Of a stretch of 64,000 nucleotides of DNA, positions 50,619 to 61,370 are shown one piece after another. Made by a program: the position numbers and the translations under genes. Below the pieces are notes generated by a model. It saw nothing but the letters and a program-made list of their open reading frames with translations, had not been told where the DNA came from and ran no database searches. Each line of letters starts with the position of its first letter. Position 1 is the stretch's first letter. This DNA is from Ginglymostoma cirratum (Eukaryota): the NCBI GenBank assembly GCA_024137785.1, contig JAHRHZ010000043.1:25838026-25902025 (forward strand), read 5' to 3'.

Positions 50619-52339
50619 CATGAAATATGTCTGTTCCCTAAAATCAGGAACAGTACCTCTGCTCCTGATTATTAAGCAAGGATAAATTAAACCAAGACTC
50701 CCATGTTAATAAATCAAATCTTCTTCATGATCCTCAACCAATCGAATAATACTTGTTAAAAAATATTGTTTATACAAGGGACTCTACTTATAATTAGTCT
50801 AATATTCAAAACACTAGTCTAAGAACTCTTAAAATTAGCTTTTAATTGAATTCCAACTATCTTCATATTGTTTATATTCATATTTCCTAAAACCACATAA
50901 CAGCAGACAGATTGTGCCATGTACATCAGGCCTGAATAACACTAAGATTAATAATATCTGACATCTCTCAATTTTATACAGACATTAATTCATTTATCTC
51001 AATAGCATGATTTCAAAGATGAAGACCACACTGATTCCTGAATGTATTTTCTTTTCAACTCTTAGTTGTCATGTGGAAATCAAAGGTTGGAGGGTCTGTC
51101 ACAGAACAGTTCTATCCTGTGAAATGTCTCAAGTATAAAGTGGAATTGCCTGCTATCAGCCTAAATGGGTATCCCTTCAGCCCCTGGAAACAGCAGGTAC
51201 AGCAGAATCACTGACTGTTCAATTCCACCGGCTCTTTCTGTTCCACCTGGGCAGGTTCAGCTATCAATCAGCAGATGAATAGCTGAAACTAATACATAAC
51301 ACACTGAAGCAGAAAGTTGGAACACTGAGGTGGCACCATTGACTGAATCTAGTTTTATATCCTAAACACTGTTCTCATTTTAAGCAGATAACATGGGGGT
51401 CTCCATGTGTGTGTGTGTGTTTCTAGAAGATTATGTTGTGTTTCTTTTCCTATACTAAAACACACAGTTGACAATAGTCACAAGCACACAGAATACAGTG
51501 TATAGACTTTACCATCTATAACTATCCCTCTTGCCAGAGGTTGTTACTAGAATTCAAGCATGTTATAGAATCTGGCTAAGCTTTCACCCTGGTTGACAGA
51601 TAGACACTGAGCTCCATTGCAACAGTACATTTTATACGGTCATGGAAGATTTTGTGCAAGAGAGGAAGCTATACAGAGCAGAGCATGCACCTCTGGAGGG
51701 AGGTCAGCATGAAACCTAATACAAGATCAGAGTCAATATTACGATACTGACAAGAAAAAAACCATCACCCCACTTATATAGAGTCAAACACACAAATCAG
51801 AGTTCAACAAGGCACTTCTATTCCATTTCTACTGAAAGCCAAGCGTTTCCTATTATCATAACAGGCATCCCATTTAACACAACAGAAGTATGACAAGAAA
51901 ATGATAGGAACAAAGGTTTACATGACAGAATGGGAGAAGTCTAAGAGAGAATCCTAACTGATTGTTTTTCACAGATTAGTGTAATGTATCAATGGGAGTC
52001 AATGGGAGTCGATGGGACAGGGAGGTAACAACTACTCAATGTCCTCATAAACAGCAAGCAGCTAAAAATACCTCTGAATCTTCCATCCATCAATACCCAC
52101 AATTACCTATCAGTTTTCAAAAACAACTTGTATTTTTGTGGCACATATTTAATAAAATATCCCAAGAGGCTTCACAGGATAGTTAAAAACTAAATTTGAC
52201 TCTAAGCGACATAACAGAAATATTAGGGCAGTTGATCAAAGTGTGTTAAAAGGGAACAATGAGGTGTACAGGGAAAGAGAGGATTCCAGAACTCAGAGTC
52301 TTAGCACTTGAAGACACAATCAACCAATGCCAACTAAAG

Positions 52340-52730
52340 AAAGATTCACATTCATACAATGCTTTTACAAACATAGGTCATTATAGTCAACAAAAGTACT
52401 TTTGAAGAGTAATCATTGTTGCAATGTGGCAGCTAATTCCCACAACCAGTCATGTGATAATAAGATCAGCTGATTTTTTTTTGTGGTGTTGAGGGATAAA
52501 TGCTGGCCTGGATATACAGCTATCTCCTTGTTATTCTTTGAAAATGTGTGACACGATCTTTTATATCTACCTATAAGAGAAGCTGAGGCTGTTTCTTAGC
52601 ATCTCCAACAGTGCAGCACATCTCTTCAGTATTGTATTTGAGCATAACTGAGTTTTGGGCCTTTATCTTACAACTGGATGGTTTAGAAGTGAAAATGTTA
52701 TCAACTGAGCCACAGCTGACACTCAGCTTC
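52340..52730 (-). mobile_element. Deu-domain SINE
   Basis: aagtacttttgaag...tgttgagggataaatgctggcc...gatcttttat...ctccaacagtgcagcac...actgagccacagctgacac. Confidence 0.65.
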
Positions 52731-53619
52731 CTGCAATTCAGTAGAAGTAACCCAATCTATCACCACACTGTGAGGCAGTTAACTATCCAAATTGCTGCTT
52801 ATTGACCCCCAAAGTGGACATCAAAGTCGAATAGCAGTGTGTACCTTTTGGTTTTACATTTTTATTGTGGCGTGAAACAATATCACTCACATTCCAAACA
52901 ATCAGTGCTAATGATCAGCACATTATTCTAACAATGTGTGCTTGATAAACAAATACCCATTAGGGAAAAGAGGTGACATCCAACATCAAGGCGGGGGGGT
53001 GGGATTTGAATAAAACATAAAATTAATAATAGTCATCTCATTTCTCAGCTGAGATCTGTGTCGACTCCAGTGACCGAAATTATCCACTTTACAATTAAGG
53101 AGCTCTCCAGAGCGTGGATTCAGACACCCATCCTTGTCATTCTGAGAACGAAATTATCCCAGAGGGAATTAGATAGCTATGTGGCTGGAGATTGAGAGGT
53201 TGGGCATCCCCTCTCAACTCTTAATTAGTTTAACTAAGTTAATCCTTTCCCTTTAAGAGAAGCATCCAACACTTATTGATTTCATAGAATGCAATTGCTT
53301 GTGTACAAACTGAATCAATAAATTTAAATCAAAGAATCCAATTGCCCAGAAACAGACATTAATGCACAGTAACAGTCTGCTGAGCAGATCACAAACAGTA
53401 CTCCTAATAGGTCTGTTCAATCTAAGAATTAATTTGAAAGCTGCGCCATTCCCTAATGGCTACAAAAAATCCTTGTAGAGTGGAACCAGAACCATAACTA
53501 ATCAATATATTTCCCTGTGCTTTGTACTAATGTTGTCCTCAGTTTCCAAACCCAGCCTAGAGTGCACTGGAACCTCAGCTATGCACGGAATCAGGAATTC
53601 TGTGAGATTGACAGTTTTT

Positions 53620-53990
53620 TTAAAATAATTCATTCACGAGGTGAGGGTGTTGCTGGCTGAGCCAGCATCTATTATATCCTTGAGAAGCTGCCTTCTTGAA
53701 CTGCTATAATCCATTTGGTCTAGACAAACCCACAATGCTGTTAGAGAGGGACTTCCAGGATTTTGACCCAGCAACACCAAAGCATCAGCGATATATTTCC
53801 AAGTCAGGATGGTGAATGGCTTACAGGTGGTGGTGTTCCCAGGTATCTGCTACCCTTACTCTTCTAGATGTTAGTGGTTGTTGGTTTGGAAGATGCTGTC
53901 TGATGACACTTGGGGAATTTCTGCAATGCATCTTGGAGATGGTACACTCTGCTGCTACTGAGCATCAGTGGTAGGGGAAGTAAATGTTTA
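53620..53990 (-). mobile_element. Family A LINE 3' end
   Basis: Reverse complement of the 110-470 segment. Confidence 0.75.
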
Positions 53991-55139
53991 CGGATGATTG
54001 CCTAAGACAGACAGAGAGAAATTTTCCACTGTTTTTCCCCCTGTTTGACCCAATTTTAATCTGGTTTTACTCCTCTCCCATGAGATTACATGGCTCTTAG
54101 ATGGGGTAGAAGGCATCACAAATGTGTAGGACAGCCTAAATGAACAAATAGGTCTTAACCTGTCCATCATTTTTATATATTTCTACATTTGAACAATGGA
54201 CATACATGAATTGGGAATGGGAGTTTCCTGTCCTATTCTCAGTTAACATAATTCCTTTCAGAGGAAATTTACATCCAACTGTCTGGGCTAGAATTGAATC
54301 AAGATATTTGATAGGGTACTGCAGGGGAAACCAGAGAGAGAAACTGACCCAACATTAACTTCTGTTAACCATTTTTCTGCCTTTTAACTAACCTCTATCC
54401 ATACTGCTACTACCCCCTTCAGTAGGTTTCTCTTCCTCTGCATCCCTATCTCTTCAGGGAATCCAAATCAAGTGGATATAATCTTAAAATTACAGTACAC
54501 CATTAGGAATTGAATCAGAATGAATCTTTTTATATAGAAGCAACTGGGCAGTGGGAATGTAGAATGCATTTCCAGCATCTACAGCCATTTTTGGATCAGA
54601 TTAAGTTTTCTAGACTGAGATCAAATGACATGATTAGAAAATGACAACAATGGATAAGGAGCAATATGAGGTAAATTGATTTAAAGTGCAAATCAGTCAT
54701 GATCATACTTAATGGCGTAATGAATGCAAAGGCTGAATGTCTCATTACTGTTCCTATTCCTATTGATGTAAAATGTGAAAACTGACTTTGTTTTAACAAT
54801 TGGCTATAGCACAGGCCCTAATCACAAACAAATGATCATATTTCCATCACCAAAAGTATTATCATAGAATCCCTACAGTGTGGAAGCAGACCATTCAACT
54901 CATTGACCATCTAAAGAGCAGCCCACCCAAACCCACCCCATCCCTGCAAACCTGCAGTTCCCATGGTCAAAGATAGTAAGAACTGCCGGTGTTGGAGTCA
55001 GAGATAACACAGTGTGAAGCTGTAGAAGGGTTTCTGAAGAAGGGTCCCAACCCAAAACAGGTAGGCCTTGAACCCAGGCCTTCCAGTTCAGAAGTAAGGA
55101 CACCACCACTGCACCACAAGAGCCCTGAAAGAGTGTCGG

Positions 55140-55905
55140 GGTAGTATCCTAAGCTCTATCATCTTCAGCTGTTCAATCAATGGCCTTCCCTCCAAGGTTA
55201 GAAATAGATATGTGTAGTGATGCTTGCATAGTGTTCAATGCCATTCACAAATCCTCAAATACTGTTCCAATGCAGCAAGACATGGACAACATTTAGGAAT
55301 GTGCTGACAGTGACAAATAATGTGTCACACAAGTGCCAGGTAATGATTATCTCCAACAAGAGAGAATCTGACTAACCCCTTGTACAGTCATTGGGATCAC
55401 CATTATTGACACACCTCTATCCACCCTGCTCCTTACCACGCCCTGCCCCCAATCAGTATTCTGGGTCACCAGTGACCAGAAATGTAATTATACCAGCCAT
55501 TTAATTACTGTGGCTACAAAAGCAGGTCAGAGGTTCGGAATTCTGTGGCATGCGCCCCATGTCCTGGCTCCCCAGAGCTTGTCTACGACTCCACAAGGCT
55601 CCATTCAAGACAGTGATGGAATATTCTCCACTTCCCTGGATGGGAGAAGATCCAACTATATGACAATCATCCTGATCAAAGCAGCATTTTCCTCTCCAAA
55701 CCACAATCACCCTAATTTACAACAATATTGCCTTAACTTCACAATTGCTGGGTCAAATCCTGGAACTCCATCCCCAGTAGCACAATGGACCTGTGCCTCA
55801 AAAATACTGTAGTTCAAGAAAGCACCAAGCTTCTTGATAACAATTAGGGTGGACAACAAATGCTGGCCCTCCAAGAGATGTTCGCCTCCCATGAATGCCA
55901 TTAAA
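55140..55905 (+). mobile_element. Family A LINE ORF2 C-terminal remnant plus tail
   Basis: ATKAGQRFGIL peptide, acagtgatggaatattctccacttccctggatg overlapping bases 1-30, and the shared tail. Confidence 0.7.
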
Positions 55906-56695
55906 AATCCAATCTTCCGGAAAATTGTGCTATGCAGCTTGCAGAGCATATTGCCTCTATCAATTGTTACACCAACTTATAGCAAAACTGAGTCATCAAA
56001 GGAGCTTTTAAAAACTGGAAATGCAGAAGCTGTTTAAATTTAACATTAATCATGCTAACTGAGAAAGCTTACAGAGTTGTTTTCTAAACATTTTGACCAG
56101 CTAAGTAATCTAAGAATTTCACATAGTTTGCTTTTTACCTGGATCTCGGGGAGCTAGGTTCTGAAATTAATTACTAACCTCACCCATTCTCCTTCTGGAT
56201 CCCTCCATTTCTCTTCCTCTTTCTGCATGTTTTGGTTTGCTTTCCTCTGTTCTTTCACTGAAGAGAAATCCCACTCTAGTTTTTAAGAGCAATCACAGAC
56301 AACCCTCTGCCCTGCTCAAGCCAATTAAACTTCTTCTTTGTAACCATTAGTGAGACAGTGATTCCGAATACAGCCAATAAATAGGAACAGTCACTGGTTT
56401 TCAGCAACCCCAGGTTCCAAATCTGGACAGTAGACACTCTGCTATTCAAGATCCACAAGCTGATTTAATAATGTCACTCATGTTGCATTACACCCAATGT
56501 ATCAGTGATTTCAAACACTGCTAGCAAGCCCAAGAAAGAGACTGTACCTAGATAGTGATGCAAGCTCAAGAAAGATTTTATCTCAACCAGAATGTACCTT
56601 CAAAACATTAAGAAGCCAATTATTTGTAAAACTAAAACAGAAAAGAGAATTAGCAGCAGAGCAGAGGCGAAGGTTTCAGAATCTCACTCCTGACT

Positions 56696-56977
56696 TCACA
56701 CCAAGGCATAATCAAACTGTCCCCTCTCCAGCCCATCTTTGCCATCAGACCATGATGAAGCAGGCATCCTGCTGTAGGGATCCAGCAATATCCGAAAACA
56801 TCGGACCACCAGGATTATCAGAAAAACCAATAAGAAAATCACAAATGCAAATACAGTTTTTTGCTCAGCTCCCATAGGTACTGAATAGTTGGGGTCCCCA
56901 TTGAGATCCATAGTGGTTGAAGCCAGCAGTTCATCATCAACCGTAGACATGTCATTCATTGTGGTAACATCATTCAT
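56696..56977 (-). CDS. CTXN1: Cortexin-1, 93 aa single-pass membrane protein
   Basis: [39 protein letters not shown]...[11 protein letters not shown] is the cortexin family signature; [11 protein letters not shown] and [10 protein letters not shown] match CTXN1 rather than CTXN2/3 as I recall them. Confidence 0.93.
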   Translation of the reverse strand: MNDVTTMNDMSTVDDELLASTTMDLNGDPNYSVPMGAEQKTVFAFVIFLLVFLIILVVRCFRILLDPYSRMPASSWSDGKDGLERGQFDYALV

Positions 56978-57091
56978 CGCCAGGTGTACTCCTGCTGGGC
57001 TGTTAATTAGCTCTTCAAAATGTGATAAGTAGATGCTTTATTCGTCATCAGTCTGTCAAGGTCACACCAGCAAATTGAGCTATTTACTCCC

Positions 57092-57116
57092 TCTGCAAAA
57101 CAATAAACAGTTAGCC
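57092..57116 (-). other. CTXN1: Splice acceptor and branch point of the CTXN1 coding exon (intron extends to higher coordinates)
   Basis: Minus strand reads GCTAACTGTTTATTGTTTTGCAG|AGGGAG: CTAAC branch motif, pyrimidine tract and AG, 115 nt upstream of the ATG. Confidence 0.75.
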
Positions 57117-60100
57117 CATTGATAATTTATACAGTACTCCCCACAAATGCAACTTCTCCAGAGCCTTATGCTAATTTGCAACATTCAGTCAGACACTACT
57201 TTTGTTTAAAAACACCATTATTGAATTGTAGAACTCCACTGGAAAAGGTGACATGTGTACCCCCCTGCAATCTTTAGATAGAAACTGAAGGAAAGTATTG
57301 TTTGGGAATCCGATGCATGAGTGGAAATCAACTTGGCCAGTTTAACGAAATTCTGAAAGTTCTATTTTTCAGAATACATGCAGCATTAATGTACTGGTGA
57401 ACACAGTTTTATTAATTGAAGACATTGTTAATTAAAATGTATTTGTGATTTGGCAAATAGATTTTGTTGTCTAAAATAGGTGCTCAATCCTGTGCTAAAA
57501 CTTTTAAGTGAAAGGATTAAAGGAGTCTTTTTTAAGGATTCAGGATTCCATGCAACTTTTAGGATAGAGCTGAAAAGACAATTCAAGCTCAGCATGCATA
57601 GAAAAGGAAAAGGAGTTAAGAAACTGTTGTTAGTTATGCTTGGTTTTTGTTCTTGTCTATTTTTCCCTCCTTTTGCTGTCATATTGCACTGGCAACATCT
57701 CTGCATTGCACTTAGTCTTCAATTGATTGGTCTATACATTAACTTTTGGTCTCCTTAGTTAAGGATATCCTTTGTGCTGGAATCACTACTGAGAAATTTC
57801 ACTAGTCTGATTCCTGGATGACAGGACTCTCCTATAGGAAAGGTTGAGCACTTTAAGCCTTTCATTTTCTAAACCTTGATGAATTAGAGGTGGTGTTATT
57901 GAGATATGAGGGTGTCTTGACAGGGTAGATGCTGAAAGGATGTTATCCTTCCTAAACCTCTCCCATTTAAAACAGAGACGAGAAGAAATTGATTGTGGAG
58001 CATGGCTTCCCAAAACAGGAGTTGGAACCTTAAGCAGGATCACAAGCTGAAATTTTGTAGTCACATGCTCTGAGGCAGAGTTCTGGCCGAGTTAGAACAG
58101 CTATGTTCCCCCCCACCCACCCACAACAGACTCCGGCTCTCACAATCCACAATTAAAGGTTACAACAATTTTCAAGCTTCAAAATGGAGTCACAGTGGGG
58201 AAAAAAGCAAAGAGTCATTAATGCTTGGAATTCTCTTCTGTCTGGGTTATTCAATATATTAAAGGTTAAGTAAGAACTGATTTTTGATCTCTAAGAAGGT
58301 TGAGGGATACGGTGACAGGCAGGGAAGTGGAGTTAAGGCCGCAATAAGATCATACAAGATCTTAATGGATGTTGAACCAGGTTTCAGTGTCAAAATGGCC
58401 TTCTCCTGCTGCCATTCCTTCTGAACATAGAAGTCGCCAGCTTTTAACAGTTGAGGGCTTTACAGCCAAGCCTGACCTCTATATAATTTAAAGTTGCATT
58501 TGCTTGGATTCAGTAACAGTGATCATGTCATTGAAGTACAGATGATCTAATTAAATGACAAAGTAAACTTAAATGTTGAATCATCTCCTCTCGTCCTAAA
58601 ATTATACTGCTCATTTTATGGTGTCATGACATCAATAAATCAGGTACAAATGACCTTGTCAAAGAATTTAATAAAAAAATCCAGTCTCTAATTTTGAGGC
58701 AATGAATACAAAATTGTCTTGTCATATGTAAGCTTAAATAAACCATCACTGTTTGCCCAATAACGTAAGCAATTGGTCAATATGTAAATCATTAAATAAT
58801 CATTGCTGTTGAAACATCCTAATTAAGGAGGCAGTGTTGTATTCTGTTACTACATATTTGAAAGGTTAATAAAGGTGAGTATTTGAATGTTGCATCATGT
58901 TATTAAAAAAAAACTTTCTCAAGGCATTGTTAAGTGGTGCAGTGTGTATCCAAGTCATGGATTTCTGATTCGTGGATCATGGCTGAATTTAGCCATTTTC
59001 TTTTCCAATTTGGGACTGGACCACTAAGAAATTTTGAAATCAAGCTGTGAGCCAGTATTCAAAATGTCTTTTTTTGCCCGAATTGTTTAGATGTCATTAA
59101 TTTTAACATTTCTAATGAACTTTCATCAACAAAACACTATTGGTTAGAAATGAGTCCTGGCCAGTAATGTGAAAAGGGATATATCACATCAGCCACCTGT
59201 TAAACCATCATCACTGAACTCTCAGTTTCTTTGCTGTTCGTGGAATCAGGTGCAGTGTTCAACAGACTCACAACCTGATAACACTCATGTTACCCTACTG
59301 GTCAAGACAAATTTCTCAAACTTCAAAACTCAATCCCAAACAATGCTCTGACCTAACTCAATGCAGACCACACTCTGTTTCTGTCCCCTGATGTCCATTC
59401 TCTTGTTCCACATGCTTATCATACACTGTGCCTCACTCATTTGAATGCAACCTGCAACCATACAGTCGGATTGTTACAGCTTCTCCCTGCAGGCAGTGAG
59501 TGCTCTGTTTTACAATGTATCTCCAGTGTGCAAATGTCATCTAACATTAGTGTCTGGTTATTTCTTCCTTTTTTTTCATATAATCTGCCCTCAGGACTCT
59601 GCATCAATGTAAAGTGCCCTCACCTCACATAGCCCTCACCTCACATATAGCCCAAAGCAATCGCCACATCTTCCAAAATGCCAATGCCCAGTCTGAAGTA
59701 TTGGCACTGACTGTTCCATCCCAAGCTTCTTCCTCCAGCTCTTATTATGAGTTTTCATGATTTGGTTAACATTAACATCAATGTTCCTTAAAGATTACAT
59801 GCCAATGTGTTGAAAGACAAACTGTTCAGGAGGGAGGCAATTTTGAAAATAGCACCAGCACATCAACTATGAGGTTATGATATTCCAGAGTACATATCAC
59901 TTTCTCACAACGTCACATGCTTGTCCTGTGCCAGCATGTGCAGTTATTGTTGGTAAGGGCATTAACAGACTGAAAATCTTAAATTTCAATGTTTCATCGT
60001 ACTCCTCTTGGCATTCATCCTACCAGTGTCCCAGACTCAATCAATTATTCACCCTACCTATCCCATCCAGCTCAGCTGATTCTCCAACCTTCCCATCCGC

Positions 60101-60769
60101 CCATCAAGACTTCATTCACCCTACTACGTTTCCATAAAATCCATCGTATATAACACATTAACATTATATGTTCCACAACAACATCCCTATCCCCAATCTA
60201 CACTCCATTCACCTTCCCAACAACACTCCATTGAACTTCCCAAGACCTGTGCCCACTTGACTGAATCCATCCTATTGCTGATGCAGATTGAATCAGTTTT
60301 GATTTGATTTGATGTATTGTTGTCACATGTGCCTAAGCATATTGAAAAGTTTTGTTTTGCAAGCAGTACAGGCAGATCACAATAAAGAAGGACATACAGA
60401 TCACGGTTGTAAGAAATGTGAGAATCACATCTGCTGTAGAAAGCTCACAAGGAGTCGCCCTGTATCTGTACTGACTTCAAACTTTTAATATACCATTGAC
60501 ATTTCACTGGCACACCATTAGAATCTTATCAATTCCTCATCTTCTACTGTAACTTTCAGCATTTCTAAAGCAGCAGAAAAGGGAATTAGATTTCCAGTTT
60601 TCTCCAGGTTTCTAAGCTCCGTGCTAAACAAATTACGATTTAGCTAAAACTGTGCCATCAACATCATTTCCCACACAAAGTTCCATTGATTCAAGACCCA
60701 GCTCTCACTGAACACCCACAGATCAAGTGACCATTACAGGGCCATCCTAAAGATCCACGTCAATGTTGT

Positions 60770-61370
60770 ATAAGTGAATACAGCACATGAACCAGATGCA
60801 GGAGTTGGCCATTTGGCCCTTCGAACCTGCTCCATCCTTCAATAAGATCATGGCTAAACTTCTACCCCGACTCTACTTTTCTGTATTGTGTCCACATCTA
60901 TTAATCTCTGTCTGAAATATCCAGAATGACTCAGCTGGCTGCGGTAGGTAATTCCAAAGATCCAAACCTTTGTAGAAAAGAAATTTCATCTCATCTTAGT
61001 CCACAATGTTTAAACGCTAGAATCAAGGCCAGATCTTCTGAGCATCTGACCCATCAAGCCCCTTAAAAATATTATATATTTCAATTAAATCACCACTCAT
61101 TGTTCCAAACTCTGGAGAATATAGGCCCATTCCACTCAATCTTTCCATATAGGACAATTACATTATCCCATGAATCAGGCTAGTGAATCTTCATTGCATC
61201 TTCAATTCTAAGGCAAGTATCTCCCTCCCTGGGTAAGATGAAATCTACTCCAGATGTAGTCTGACTATGGCCCTTTACGAAGACTTCCTTACTCATATAC
61301 CCCAAACCTTCCTTAATGAAACCTTACATACCATCTGCATTCCTAATCGCAGATTATGGGCATGATAACT
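60770..61370 (-). mobile_element. CR1 LINE 3' fragment
   Basis: ggccatttggcccttcgaacctgctccatccttcaataagatcatggct is the reverse complement of the CR1 3' end. Confidence 0.7.

Noticed and set aside
55034-55058. Active hammerhead at CTGAAGAagggtcccaacccAAAAC
   Set aside because: G12 of GAAA is mutated and the cleavage triplet is interrupted; counted only as a decayed copy
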